DNA from: Chlorokybus atmophyticus
Taxonomy: Eukaryota; Plantae; Mesostigma and Chlorokybus algae
Assembly: GCA_009103225.1 (NCBI GenBank)
Contig: RHPI01000260.1
Span: 74,225 to 138,224 of the forward strand
DNA length: 64,000 nt
Direction: 5' to 3'
The notes below the pieces were generated by a model. It saw only the letters and a program-made list of their open reading frames with translations, was not told where the DNA came from and made no database searches. The translations under genes were made by a program, and so were the position numbers. Below, in pieces: positions 51,415 to 64,000 of the stretch (position 1 is the first letter of the stretch; each line of letters begins with the position of its first letter).

Positions 51415-52772
51415 GGGCTTGCACAATTATGTTGCGCTACATGCACTACTTGTTGAACGCATGCAAAGCATCTACGTGCATGCAAATGTGGTAAAAGTTC
51501 ATGCACACACATTTTTGACCCACAGCACATAAAGGTTGACTACGACGCGAGAGAGCTGGTAAGTGAGGCCACGTCCTTTGCAGGTTGGTGCAGCCCCGCT
51601 GGTTGGACCAAGATAGCGCATGCAGCCCAATACCCGTACAAGTGTTGTGGTCGGCTGCTTGGCAAGGATTGAACAACAATTAAAGCGATAAAGCTTGCTT
51701 AAATTGCTAGCTCCCAACCCACGTCGCTAGATTAAGTTGCTGCGCGCACTCTGAAACCAGCGCTGCAAAATGCTTTCCCAACCAACCGTACCTATCCAGT
51801 GCAAGAGGCACAAAGGCGTCATCTGTATAGTGATCAACATACGTGCACCTCTTCGCTTGCACATGATGTTGCTCTCAACTTTGCGTGAGGTGCTAAATGA
51901 TGACAACAATCATATTACATTCGCAATTCCTAGCTCGAATTGGATGGCACATGTCTATCTGTCTGTTCGCTGTCTCTCTCGGCAACAACCGCCTTACTTC
52001 AGCCGCTTGCGGCAACAACAAAACCATACTCGAACAGCAATGAAGTCACCATGTCGCGTACCGTTGTTCGTCTCGGACAATGCAATCGTTTGTTTGTGCA
52101 CATACCATGCCCAAGCCAAATGGATTGCAGAATGCGCTGGGACAGTATAATTATTCTAGAACAAAAAACGTTCTTTGTTCGTACCCACGTTGGTGGTTTA
52201 ATATTTGAAGAACATAAGGTTCGAAAAGAATGTTCTTTGTTTTGCATGCATGGCGTATGTAGGGAACGAACCTTACGCAGTCACGGAATATCACGCATAA
52301 TCGCATAATTGGTTTGCAGTGTGATTTTACGTGACACTTCACGCAACGTGACTCAACAGCACATTAATGGTAAATACATGCTTTCATATACATGATGGTG
52401 AACAAATTGTATGCCATTAATGATACAATGCTTCGCGGTTGGTTCATGCATGTGATCATGACGATAAATGTATACTTTATGTATTTTATGTACATTCTCG
52501 TTGAGAATCTAATTGATATCTTTGTTCGTCATCAATGGTTCGTTCAGTGTCACTTGTGAATATTGTTTGTTCCGTACTCCAAGAACAAAATAAGGGTTAT
52601 ATGAACCTTAGAATGACAGTACTATTCAAGTTCTTTATTTTTGTTCGATCATGCCCAAACCTACGTTCGGCCTCAGTTCTATTTTGCAGGTCAATTTGCG
52701 GGTCACATCGGTCTTTGCAATTGCCAATGCAAGTGAAAGGCGAGATGGCTGGTTTCGCCTTCACCACCATTC

Positions 52773-52774
<2 letters not shown>

Positions 52775-52836
<62 letters not shown>

Positions 52837-52858
52837 GATNNNNNNNNNNNNNNNNNNN

Positions 52859-52917
<59 letters not shown>
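52775..52917. repeat. (AG)n microsatellite interrupted by an N gap (52840-52858)
   Basis: Direct read. Confidence 0.95.
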
Positions 52918-52918
<1 letters not shown>

Positions 52919-53289
52919 GTGATGCAAACTGGCAGCACCTTTACTGTAACTGTGTTGATCGACCTGGCGTAAGTTGACAACAACAGCAGGCACATTGCGC
53001 ATGCGGCTGTAATACTGTGTAACGCAGTAAACCTCACGTTGTAGCACCAATACACTGTTCGCGTGCATAGCCCATCCCAAATCGGTTCACTTCCTGACTA
53101 TCATCAGTCTCAACGTTGCGATTTCACCATGCCTAACTGCTCTTTTTGCACTTGTGAAACAAGTGGCGAGTGACCGATACAGATGCATGCAACTCAGGTC
53201 GTGCTTGTAACTGACAGTTCAGTTTACTCTCAAGGTTCCTTGCGCAGTGCAGCGTGTTGCCCAGCAGACAATACCTAGTAGCTCGCTAT

Positions 53290-56200
53290 CTAATTTAGGG
53301 ATGCAACAGTACAACCACCTTGCGAGTCCGCATGTGGCTCGTGCCTGCTGACGTTTCTGTTGGAGCTGAGCTCTTGCAACACCGCGTCCTTCAAACGACC
53401 GGTTCCAAAGCCGTGAATGACATATAAGACACCAGTACTATTCCTGAACAACCAGAAGCACAGTGATCAGATAACGACTCAGCAGAACGCTTTGTTTCAA
53501 ACAGATCAATGCGTGCATTTGACATGTGCTGCCACTGCTGCTGCTTGTAGCAAAGCTCGACTCACCCTCTTAGTATTGCTTCCTGCAAGATTGGCAGCGC
53601 CTCTTCAGCCTACGAAATGCACATGACATGTTTAGTTGGGGTGCAAGCCTCATGGATCAACTGACAATATTGTAAAACTTCCCGCCTACCCGCTTCCCTC
53701 GAAGGTCAACCGTGTTGGCGGTTGTTTGCAACAGGAGGTGTGAGTCGGATGCTGGCGCTGCTGTTGGAAAACCATTCCCAGTGAAAGACTCTATCACCGG
53801 TCTAGCTTTCCTTCTAGCCTGCACAAATGCTGCTTGGATAAGCAACTGGGCGCTGCACCGATATTAGAAGCAATGTCCGAAATGTTATCTGTAAGAGTTG
53901 CTAGACCACAACTGCACAGCGCACCATACCTTGATACTATTTCGCAGCTCTGAAGTGATTGCAAAACCTTTTGCGACGCCCGATGAATCCTTCATGGCTG
54001 ACAGGTCCCCAGACTGCGGTCTCAACACCTCACTGAGGTCAACTTTCATCCGCATGGATCCAAACTTGACAACCACATCGCCGGATGCGTCCACAGCCTC
54101 AAGTACTTCAACAGTTTGAGGACCAAACCTCGCCACTACCACTTGTTCACCGACACTGGGTACCCAATCCGCATCTTCATCATCATCATCATCTGGCCCT
54201 GCACGAGTGATTCGCAAAGCAATAGAGTTAGAGCAGGACACACCGCTTGCGATGAAGTTGGATCACAACTACTGGCATGCTACAGCGTGACGAATCCTCT
54301 AATGCTTGCGTTTCACCGTCTGTGACGCAAACTTACCTCTCCACAGGCTTTCATTTGCAGTGGTAGCCGCAAATTGCTCCACAATGCGCGTGATGTCTTC
54401 AGATGCATCCTTGGCTGCGATGCTTCTCTCCTGGCGCTTGAACGCATCTAGAACACTGTGTATCTGAGCACGGGCCTTTTCAACAGTCTCCTTGGCTTCC
54501 AGTGACATTCTCTTCTTTTCCTCTCGCTCGCATTGTGGCAGCTCAGCCACTTCCTTTTGCAACTGCCCCACAAAAAGAGACAGCACTGTTGTCAATAGCA
54601 ATGCAGCATGCTGAGGTTTGCGCAGAAACAATGATGGTGCCGTGTTTGCAACAGAACAAGCGTGGAGGGGGCAATTACTACTGTGACACTGCGCAGCCCA
54701 TAACGCCATGGCCATAATGGTCCTCACCTGAGCATGTGAAGCATGAACCTCCTCAAAGAGTTGCCGTGCCTCTGCAGCTCGCATCTGCATCCGCAACTGG
54801 CTGTGAGGCAACACAGGGACCCAGAGTTGGTGCAACCCAGGCATAATACCAATTCAGACCTTCAATGCTTCCCGTTGGGACTCGAGGGGTGCCAGGAGAT
54901 CATTCATCCGCTGCCCCACAGTGGCTGGGGAGAACTGCTGCACAGACCGCCTTGCCTCTTCAACGATGCGGGGGTCAAACCCAAGCCCCGTGGCAATGTC
55001 AAGTGCGTTGGACCGGCCTGCAGAAGTGCACCAATTGATGCCTTGAACACCTTCCAATGGCACATCCAAGTAGTACACACAATTTGTGAGCAAACCCACC
55101 TGCCATGCCCCAAAGGACTTTGTACGTTGGCCGTAGAGTGGCCACATCAAACTCAACGCTGGCATTTTCAAATCGCAAGGGCTCTGCATCATGCAGAGCT
55201 CGCAGCTGCGCATAGTGAGTCGTGGCCACAATCAAGGCGGATACCCCTGCCAGGTGCTTGACCAATGCGGATGCTAGCGCTGCGCCTTCTTGCGGGTCTG
55301 TGCCGCTGCCCACCTCATCTAACAGCACCTGAAGAGAACAATAAGCAAGCAGGCCGCTGGAAGTGAGCCCAGCCCTTGAAGAGGTGTACGTCAGCCAGCT
55401 GGCATGCATGATCACGCATACCAGTGTTCGTGATGAGACTTGCTCCATGATGCGGCACAGCCGGCGCACATGCCCGCTGAAGGTCGAAAGCGACTGCTGA
55501 AGGGACTGCTCATCACCGATATCTGCGAGCACCGCATCGAACCATGGCAGCCTTGCCGGACTGTCTGTGGGCAAAAACATTCCAGCTTTGGCCCTGCAGC
55601 CACATAGCAACCGATTGCTCTCACGATAATGACCAGGCACAACGATAATGACCACCCATTGATCACACATGCCAAGCGACAACACTTGCAGGTCTCGTAC
55701 ATGACTGCCGCAAGTCCAAGCGTCTTCAATGTAGCCGTTTTCCCGCCAGTGTTAGGTCCAGTGATCGAAACAGCCCTGACACTGCCCCTGATGGTGATAT
55801 CAACCGGCACAGGCATGCTGTTGGCTTGCTGGCTCGATGCTTCATGTGTAGGCAAGGGCAACGGCACAGCCACCTCCCACAAGAGCGGATGGCGCATGCT
55901 TTGAACCTTCATAAGCCATTCGGCCTTGCCTGTGCCGGTGACATCCGTCGCCACCGAGTTCGTGCCATGCAGTATTGGCCGCTTAGCGCCCATCCACGCG
56001 GCATGCTTGGCCCTTGCACAGGCCAAATCTAGCGCTGTGATGGCGTCCAGTGCAGCCACCACGTCTTGCCTAACAGCAGACACCTGTTGTACAAGACATA
56101 ACGGTGCACATGTAAACTGCAAGCACACAGCTTGGAGTGCGTGAACATGCATAAACAACAGCACGATTGCAGCAACAGATGATACAGAGCAACGATTAAC

Positions 56201-58256
56201 CATCTGTGTGAGGCCCGCCAGGACTGCCGTCTCTTCCTCATGCACGGATGACGACAGTTCAAGCTCACGGTTGTTTAAGTCCACTGCACCAGCAGGCTCC
56301 ATGTAAAGAGTGGCACCACTATTACTCTCATCCAGCACAACACCTCCTGCATACACCACACTGTCATGACACACTGACATGTGTGCCAACAACAGCAATA
56401 CAGCGCTGTAGATTGCAGCAAGCAGAGCTCACCCAAAAGGGATGCTTTGCGATTGGCACGCAGGCAAGTGCACAGCCGGCCTCGTCTCCTTGTTACAACT
56501 GAGCGCTCTGCGGCGCCCTCCCTCTCAAGGCGGTCAGCCTCACGCTGTACCAACTCTTCCAGCTGGACGCAACACAAGGCAACCATAAGTATACAAGTTG
56601 CAACTGCACCCGCTCTATCAATGCAGCCGACTTTCAACCTGCTGAGTGACGGAGCGCCGTTCTGCGCGAAGTGCTGTGAGGACCTCACTTGCACGGTCGA
56701 GCACTGTCCCATCCCTGCCAGCTGAAAAAGTCAACCTCAGCAAGCATTCTGACTTCAGTCACCACGCACAAGTTGTGCCTCTGGAGTTTGGTGTCAATGT
56801 GCACATAACTGCTTGCTGCTGCCGCACAACCATATAATGCTCCCTACTTGGTTCCGCATGAATATACCTAGAAGTCGACTGCGATGTAACTTTGGATTCA
56901 TTCTAACTTGTGCAGTGAACAACTTATGCCTTGATAAAACGTGCTATGTACCTGTCGCTGATGCAATGAAGGATGGCGTCAACTAGGCTCGGATGCATGT
57001 TGATTTGGGCTACAATGTCCCTTAGAGGAGCCTCCGGTAAGCCTTTTTTCTTCTCGCTCATTGTCAGCGGCTTGACTTCAGCTGTCATAAGGTGGTGCTG
57101 ACAATGCAACAGTAAATTTGTGCTGCAAGCTTGGCGCACTGCAGCAGCATTGCCGTTGAGGGCTTATGGGGCAGGTACTCACCTTGAGGGCTTCACCAGC
57201 TTGCAATGTCAATGCCAACGTAACCAGATTTTCTCCTGCGCACACAAGGCCACTGCTGGCAATGTCCAACACGTGGCTACAGCCACGAACGCCCGCAAAG
57301 TCCAACTCCTGGACAGCAAAGCAAGCAAAAGCCAATTAGCCTCTCCTGTCATAGCACGCTAATGTTGTTCAAGATGATGCTTCCTGATAACGCATGGTTA
57401 CAGTACAAGTTATAGCAGATATGCATGACACCTGCAAGTGAGCGTGCTCGGTTTCCGCCAGCAAGCGCTCGCTTTGCCGCCTGCTTGATCCGACCTTCAA
57501 CCCGCCCTGAAGAGCCGTCTGCTTGCCGGCAGGTGTTGAACAGAATGCTGCCACCTGAGACCAATGTGCCATTGGCAACATGACTACATCACACGCATAC
57601 AGTGCAACTATGTGCAAGCTCAATCAAACCTGTGCGCACACGGCCGGCCATTCTAACAGCTTCAGTGTCTCCGACTGAATGTTCACAGCGTGAGAAACAC
57701 CTTCCTCAGGTGTTTCTGGGAGTTCTAATCGTAGTTGAGACTTGTTGCTGGAAACAGCAGCTTCAGGCAAGGACGCGCTGAGGGCGGCCTTTGCAACCCC
57801 TTTCCCTGGCAGCATCCCAACAAGTACACGACCATTGGCAACCACAATACACAGAACACAGTCCAACACAACTGCAAGTAGCTAGTTCCCAAGCATGCTG
57901 CTGGCCATGTTGGTTCCTGCATATTGTTCACTGTGCAGCAAGGGGAGCCACGCTGCTTCCCTACTGTGCAAGCTACACGTCGAAGGAAAAAGAATTACAC
58001 GTTGCTGTGCAGACCAGACATGAATTGTTGACTTACCAGTAGCTGCAACGCTTTTTTGCTGCGCTGCTGTGCTGCGCTTCAGCTTGGACAAGTTGTGCTG
58101 CTTCACTGGTTGTGGACTAGGCTCAGAGAGCAACGTGCAGCGTCGAGAACTGGGCGGAGGCAACATGCATGAGGTCATTTGCACTGGAACTGCGCGCAAG
58201 GGCCGCGAAACCGACCACGCCATTGTGGTTGCGGCCGCCGCCGCCGCCACCGCCAT
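53290..58256 (-). CDS. MutS2: MutS2 (plastid-type, cyanobacterial origin) with C-terminal Smr domain
   Basis: SETLKLLEWPAVCAQV, SGATLYMEP, RHPLL, Walker A ITGPNTGGKTATLKTLGL, VLADIGDEQSLQQSLSTFSGH, LLDEVGSGTDPQEGAAL, TTHY, ENASVEFD...LRPTY, Smr TVDLRGKRV...YVIHGFGTGRLK...GGCTV. Stop TAG 53290-53292. Confidence 0.96.
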
Positions 58257-58454
58257 GCTGGCACACAGGCTGCCACGTGGAGCGCTCCAAGCTGGGACTT
58301 GTCGATCGCGGTCAACCAGGCGAGACAGAACCGGGTCGTTCAGATCAAGTTTCATGAGTTTGAAACGCGGTGACGCGGGCGTTGGCGTTGCCGCAACCGT
58401 TGCAGCGTTGTTGCCACGGGGCAGCCCGGCTGAGTGTTTGCAACAACTCAGTTC

Positions 58455-58464
58455 AAACCCTAAA
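58455..58464 (+). promoter_or_regulatory. Telo-box (AAACCCTAA) in the MutS2 / CEP85-like divergent promoter
   Basis: AAACCCTAAA lies between two divergent ATGs. The telo-box is an established plant promoter element. Confidence 0.45.
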
Positions 58465-58706
58465 CGGCCACACGGCTTCGGCACGTCGTGGGTGTCGCCG
58501 CCGTTGCTGGCCTCAGCGCTGGCGGCGTGGCTGAAGGTGGGGATGCCGCAGGGGTGATGCTATGTGGACACATACCACTTGAGAGGTGCGCGTCCGTGAT
58601 GAGGCGCCGTCGCTGCGGTGGTCGCCGGTCCGCCTGGACCCAAGCTGTTGTGAAGCTGCTGCTGTAAGGTCGCGTTGGTAGCTTGAGGGCCTTAGCTGGT
58701 GCTAGC

Positions 58707-61700
58707 ATGGCGTATTATGCAGCCAAGACGAGGCCTGGTAGTCCGCTGAGGTGAGTATATGTATTCGGGTTTGCGACCTATAGGCATACTCTGTGTTGCT
58801 GAAATGCACACGTTCGTTGAGCGCGAAAGTGGCCTACTGGTTACATACACGAAAAGCACGGTTTTGCACGGTAGCGCCAATGTCGTTCGCACAAGGTTTT
58901 CTTAGCGTCTGAGTTACATGTTGATAGACTTGAACCCACTGTGCCCAAGCTATTGTTTGTTCAGGACAACTTTGTATAATCAACTATCGCAATGCTGAAA
59001 AAGTGCGTTGGTCGTTAAATGCAAGAGTGTGTATTGTTGGGAGATCGTAATGCTTTGTAGCACCATGAACGTTGTGTCTTTGTAGGCATGGCCACAGCGC
59101 CTCAGATGGTCCCAGCCTGTCCGCCAAAGGCAACCACAGCTTCGATTCTGCTGTGCTGGACTCACCGTACACTGCAACATATACGCCAGGTTGTTGTTTG
59201 TTCTGGCATTGTGACTGTGCATCCGTAACATGCAATGCAATTGCTGATTGCGGCATGCTGGTATTGGCGCTTTGCAGACCTTGCAGCAGCGATAGATACG
59301 CACATCCCGAGTAAGTCTGCAGCTACTCATCGCACTGTTCCAGCTTGGCAATCCAGCTCGCCTTATTTCAGCGAACATGATGACCATCTTGTGGAGCGCT
59401 TCAAGGCACTCGCTCATGCCAGGGAGCACGCTCAGGCTGTCAGTCATCAAGCCCAAAAAGTAAGCATCATGCACCGTCCATACCCCTGGTCGACAGAAAC
59501 ACGGTTGGAAACTCTTACTACATTATGTATATATCATTTGCCCATCAATCAATTGATCTGGTTTTTGCCTTCAATCACTAATTGGGCACACTGCGCTGTC
59601 TGTGATTGACATTGCCTGTTGGCAGTCTGTTGATAGCAGAATGGTGGAGGGTCTCCGGCAGCTGGCCAAGATACGGGAACGACAGCTGGCGGGTTTGAGC
59701 CATGGTGGACCCTACACATCAAGCACCAGCTTGCCAGGGCTAGACTGGCCAAGCACGTCTCTGCTACAGCGCACAGTCCAAGAGGAAAATCCGTACTCGA
59801 ACTCGACAGCATCTACCATGCCATATGCCAGCTGGTCAAGCCGTGCAAGCGCAGATGTCCCACCCCACGTGAAGGCAATCAGTTATACTTCACAGCAAAC
59901 AAGCAAGAAACCTGCAGTTTCCGTTCCAAGTTCTGCATCCAGCCACACAGTGTCAGGGCCAGGATCCAGGCCATCTTCCGCAGGCAACAGCAAGCAGAGC
60001 GTGTCAGGACTTGCAGAAAGGCGGAATACGGACGCAGTCAAGCGGCAGGATGCATTGCTTGAGCGCCAGGATTCTCAGATACACCGACTGCAGGAACAAC
60101 TTGAGCAACTGCATGCGCTGCATGAAGACCTGCGGGTTAGTAACAAGGAGGACCCTGAGAACCAGCTTGTGTCACGCATGCAACGCATTCATGCTTTGGT
60201 CTGCGACATAAAGACAAGACGGCATTGTCTTGCCTGACTTTTTGTGCTGGGCGGTGTCTCTATCTAGCACTGACACGCACTACTACTATAACTCGTGCTA
60301 CAGGTCAAGGTGTCAGCTTCGCATTCCACTTCAGCAAGCACAGCAATGCCACAGGTGTGCCTTTAGATACGGAGCATTGCAGAGCAATTAGCTGACACAT
60401 GTAGTCAGGCTTGTTGTAATTGCTGACTGGTGACCTTACTTACAGAAAGTGTCTGCAAGTAGCGATGAAGCAAGCGACATGGCTCGCAGTCACATGCGTC
60501 AAGAACTGGCCCAGGCAAAACTTCTGTTAGCTTCTGATGGTGAATTCCATGGACACCAGCAAAGCCCAAAGCGAAGCCTGCCGCGGCAGCAGAAGTCTGA
60601 AGTCGACCAGCTTCATCAGCAAGTGGCAGAGCTACAGGCACGCATGGCAGTTGTGGAAGCCCAGCGAGACCAGGTACTGTGTTGCAATGCTCAACAACTT
60701 CAGGCCGGCTCAGCCAAGATTGCACACTCAATACAACTCAAATTGTTGGTACATTGCAGCAAGCGCAAGGGCAGCGACAGTTACAAAGCGTGTTAGATAG
60801 CAAGGAAGACTTGTTGCGCGATCTGCAAGTACAGATGCAGGTGATTCTACAGTTATGCCTTGCCAGTGTTGCTTGCTACTATGTATGCAAATTACGTCTC
60901 ATGTCAGCATTGAACCGTTGTGGTGTGTATGGCATTTGTGTTGTACTTGCAAGCTGACTTGCGCACACCGCTACAATGTTGCAGCAACACGAGTCGACTG
61001 CGACGGAGCTGCGCTCTGAGTTGTCTCAAAGAGCCATGCAAGAAGACCCTGCGCCGTTGCGTTCGCAGTTGTTGAGCATGCAACAGGAAATGGTCAAGGT
61101 GCCAGTGTATACTCGATCAGTGGCTTTCCGCTTGCTGACATAGGTGCCTTGCAAGTGCTGATGGCGTTGCTGGCCAGGTTGAAGCGTACTACGAAGAGCT
61201 GATTGAGGAAATGGAGTCGCTGCGCCGAGAGCTGGTCCACAAGAGCATGAGGCTAGCAGAGCTAGAAGAGGAAGTCAGTGAAAGGTCTGGCGAGGCAGAC
61301 CGGCTACGGCAACAACAGCGCGTCACTGAGGAGCAGCGTGCAGCCTTGCAGGCATGTGTTTCAAGATCTGCAGAGTCACTGCGCTGTGGTCGTGGAAGTT
61401 GTGTCAAATCTTGATTGAGCCAACTTTTGCAAAATTCAAAGTTAGTGAAAACCTGCTCAAGTCAAATGTTGTGCGAGACAACAAGCCCGATGACATGCGT
61501 TTCGGTTGATATCTTGTTCTGCAAATTGGATGGTGCGTTGAAGTGTTAACTAAAATGACAGGCCGAGAAGGAGGTGCAACGCCGCGAAAGCGATTGGCAG
61601 GAAGGTGAGCTTCAAAGACGCTCTGAGCAGTTACGCGATGCAGATCAAGCACTGGAGTTGTCACATAACGAACAACTGAGGTTGCGGCAACAGTTGCAGG

Positions 61701-63308
61701 TGAGTTATGACTCTTGAGTAACTGCAATGTATAGCAAACCGCCTGTTGCTGCAGCTCCTCATCCGCCCTGCCTTGCAACCATGCATTTTGCTCGTGCTTA
61801 TGCTCAATGCTATGAACAACACTAACAATCACTTACAAATAAGCGCGGCTGAGGTTTCAATGCAAACACACAGTTGACTTCTGCAGAGTTGCAATAAGCG
61901 GATTGCTGAGTCGGAGGGCTGCATAGCAACTGCTGCTAAGCATGCAGAGCCTTGTCAGCTAAGCACATCAGTGGAGGCAGAATTGCAGCTAAAACAAGCC
62001 ATGCTGCAAAATCAGAACTCAGAGATTGAGCATCTACGAGCAAAGGTGATGCTGCTCGACTCGCAGCTGGAGGCTGCTGAGGAGTACAAACCACAGGTGG
62101 CCCAGGCTGTTGTGCTTATTGTGGCGGGTCTAGGTCATAACTGCATCGCTGTGACGCCACCCCAAGAATGGCCTGGTTTGCAAGCTTTGCTTGTGCAATT
62201 ACTATTTTCATGTGCCTTGGTGGCAGCGGCAGACTTTCCACTATTCTGTTGAGCAAAGGACGGGAATGTTTGTTTGTCTCGATCGCACATGGTTATTGCA
62301 CAGTGGGTCAGACTTCATGACCGCTTGTTTTGGTATCATTGCAGCTCAAAGCGCTTGAAGAGAAGCTGAAAGAGGCTGCCAAGTATGCAGCTGGTTTGGA
62401 AGAGACAGTTGTTTCAATGGAGAACAAGGCAGATGATACCATTGAGCTTCAAGAGAACCTTGAAGATGCGTCCGCGACCGTCGAAAGGCTATCTGCACAG
62501 GTGTCTGAGCTGCACAATGCTCTAGGTCAACGTGATGCGCAGCTGATGGATGTCAAGGAACAATTTGCCGATGACACCTTGAAAGAGCTGCAGCTAGAGC
62601 ATGAGCTGCTGCAGTCCAGGTCAGCACGTCATGTAGCATAGCCATGTTTGCCAGCATATGTCTGCGTGTGCTTTGGCATGCATGCCAGCATATCGCTGCT
62701 ATTGTCACTGAATATGTTGGGGCAAAACAGGCTTAAAGCTGCACTAATGGATGCTGAAAAGGGGGACATCGTAGTTAGAACTGCAGAGGCCAAGATGGAG
62801 GCCTGTGCTACTGAACTGCATGCTCTATCGCAGGTGACTGTGCAATGTTAAAATGATGCACATCCCTATGTACATACGGAATCTAAACTCCTTTATAGAT
62901 CAAGCAGTTCTTGTCTGAACCCTTGGTATGTACACTCACAACTATATCTGGCAGGCGGTCGGGGCTTTACTCAAAGGAGAAGAGGTGAATCTGACTGCCC
63001 TAACTGAGGCCAGCGTGATGCACGACATTGTCAACTCCCCATCGTTCCCGGGGGTTGGGAAAACAGCGAGCATGCTGCGCCTGAGTGCATCAGAGTCGCC
63101 TTCAAGTTGGTTGCTGAAGGCTCGCAGCATTGGCTCACCTCTGTCTGTGCCCAACAGTGTTCCAAAGAGTCCTGCTTTGCTTGGGTCGATGCCGAGATTC
63201 GGCATAATGTGTGCCACTGACAAAGTGGGTGCTGAGGTACATGCTCTGAGAGAGTTGTTGGTGCAGCAGGTGGCTGACTCTGTAGGGCAGAACTGCCACA
63301 TACAGTGA
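58707..63308 (+). CDS. Large coiled-coil protein, CEP85/CCDC21-like, ending in a CaaX motif
   Basis: ATG 58707 (MAYYAAKTRPGSPLR) splices in phase to downstream exons. There is a disordered Ser-rich N-half and many heptad-rich exons. The C-terminus LLKGEEVNLTAL...EVHALRELLVQQVADSVGQNCHIQ* resembles the CEP85 end as recalled. Gene existence ~0.9, family call ~0.6. Confidence 0.7.
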
Positions 63309-63875
63309 TAATAACCCAATAACCTACTGCGAGGCTGCTGTACAATTGTTTGCCTTCCAGGCAGGCCCTTCGCGGCACAGTGCTGGACATCGGTGCACAA
63401 TGGCAACTTGCAGCCAACTATGGAATCTCGATACAGCTTGCTTGCACACTTCCGGTTCTGCACAATAGAGCCATTAGAGTCATTAGAGGCCAAAACTTTT
63501 GGAAAATACCAGCTCTCCAGCAAGACGCATAAGAGGCGTGTGCGTTTATGAGGACTATCCGGTGCCCGGGCACGACACCCAGAATGTATGCTCGTTATCA
63601 CCGTTCAAAGCAACCCCAAAGCACCTTCAACGTTCCTGTACAGTTGCACTAGCAGAGCATCGCAGCAAGACCTATGTTGTTGATATTATAAAGTGACAAT
63701 GGCCATTGTAATACATGGTGGGATCAGCAATGTCTGGCATGTAAGTGGTGAGAGCGGTTATGCAGGCAGATCAGCAATGCTTGCACCCTTGGCAACAGTT
63801 GTGACGGAGAAAAGTGTGGCATAGCATACGACACAAACAAGTCAGGTCGTGGACACATTGGAATGCAACGCCCTG

Positions 63876-64000
63876 TCAGATCTGCTGCGCTTCATCTTCT
63901 AACAGAATTTCATAGACATCGGTACGCAAGCGCAACTCCTTGTCCTTCATGATGTCCATAAGCTCCGACAGTTCCTTAGCTGAGAGCACCCCCGCAAGCC
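63876..64000 (-). CDS. 3' end of an unidentified gene running off the window
   Basis: Open frame LAGVLSAKELSELMDIMKDKELRLRTDVYEILLEDEAQQI* with stop TGA 63876-63878. Composition looks coding; family not recognised. Confidence 0.55.
   Translation of the reverse strand, partial: LAGVLSAKELSELMDIMKDKELRLRTDVYEILLEDEAQQI

Noticed and set aside
52535-53080. (RE)n and (SL)n ORFs
   Set aside because: They are translations of the (AG)n microsatellite and N gap
58821-58828. TTTCGCGC E2F-type site
   Set aside because: It lies in an intron, and several such 8-mers are expected by chance in this window

Overview
Eukaryotic, intron-rich, gene-dense window (introns mostly ~70-150 nt, GT/GC-AG). It is most likely from a streptophyte green alga. 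The basis is a plastid gene set (MEX1, plastid UMP kinase, MutS2, DUF819), an RLK/Pelle kinase and a centrosome-type coiled-coil gene; a Chlorokybus/Mesostigma-like source is my inference. I traced exons by hand for 13 complete genes and one partial gene: ABHD-type hydrolase (+), DNA polymerase epsilon catalytic subunit (-), small Ser/Pro-rich unknown (+), CutA (-), LSMT-type SET methyltransferase (+), RLK (-), DUF819 transporter (+), mitochondrial phosphate carrier (-), MEX1 (+), Nup133 C-terminal half (-), plastid UMP kinase (+), MutS2 (-), CEP85-like protein (+) and a partial unknown 3' end (-). Strands alternate strictly across all 14. The most notable candidates are: (1) a CutA first exon readable in two overlapping frames, where skipping or including a 98-nt exon would give a plastid-targeted or a membrane-anchored protein; (2) a Nup133 with no room for its N-terminal beta-propeller; (3) U12-like introns in the SET gene; (4) a CEP85-like protein ending in CaaX; (5) a pre-miRNA-like hairpin in an AT-rich island. 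All protein identifications come from motif recognition by eye, not from database searches. Gene spans include introns. No rRNA, tRNA, CRISPR array or intact transposase ORF was seen.
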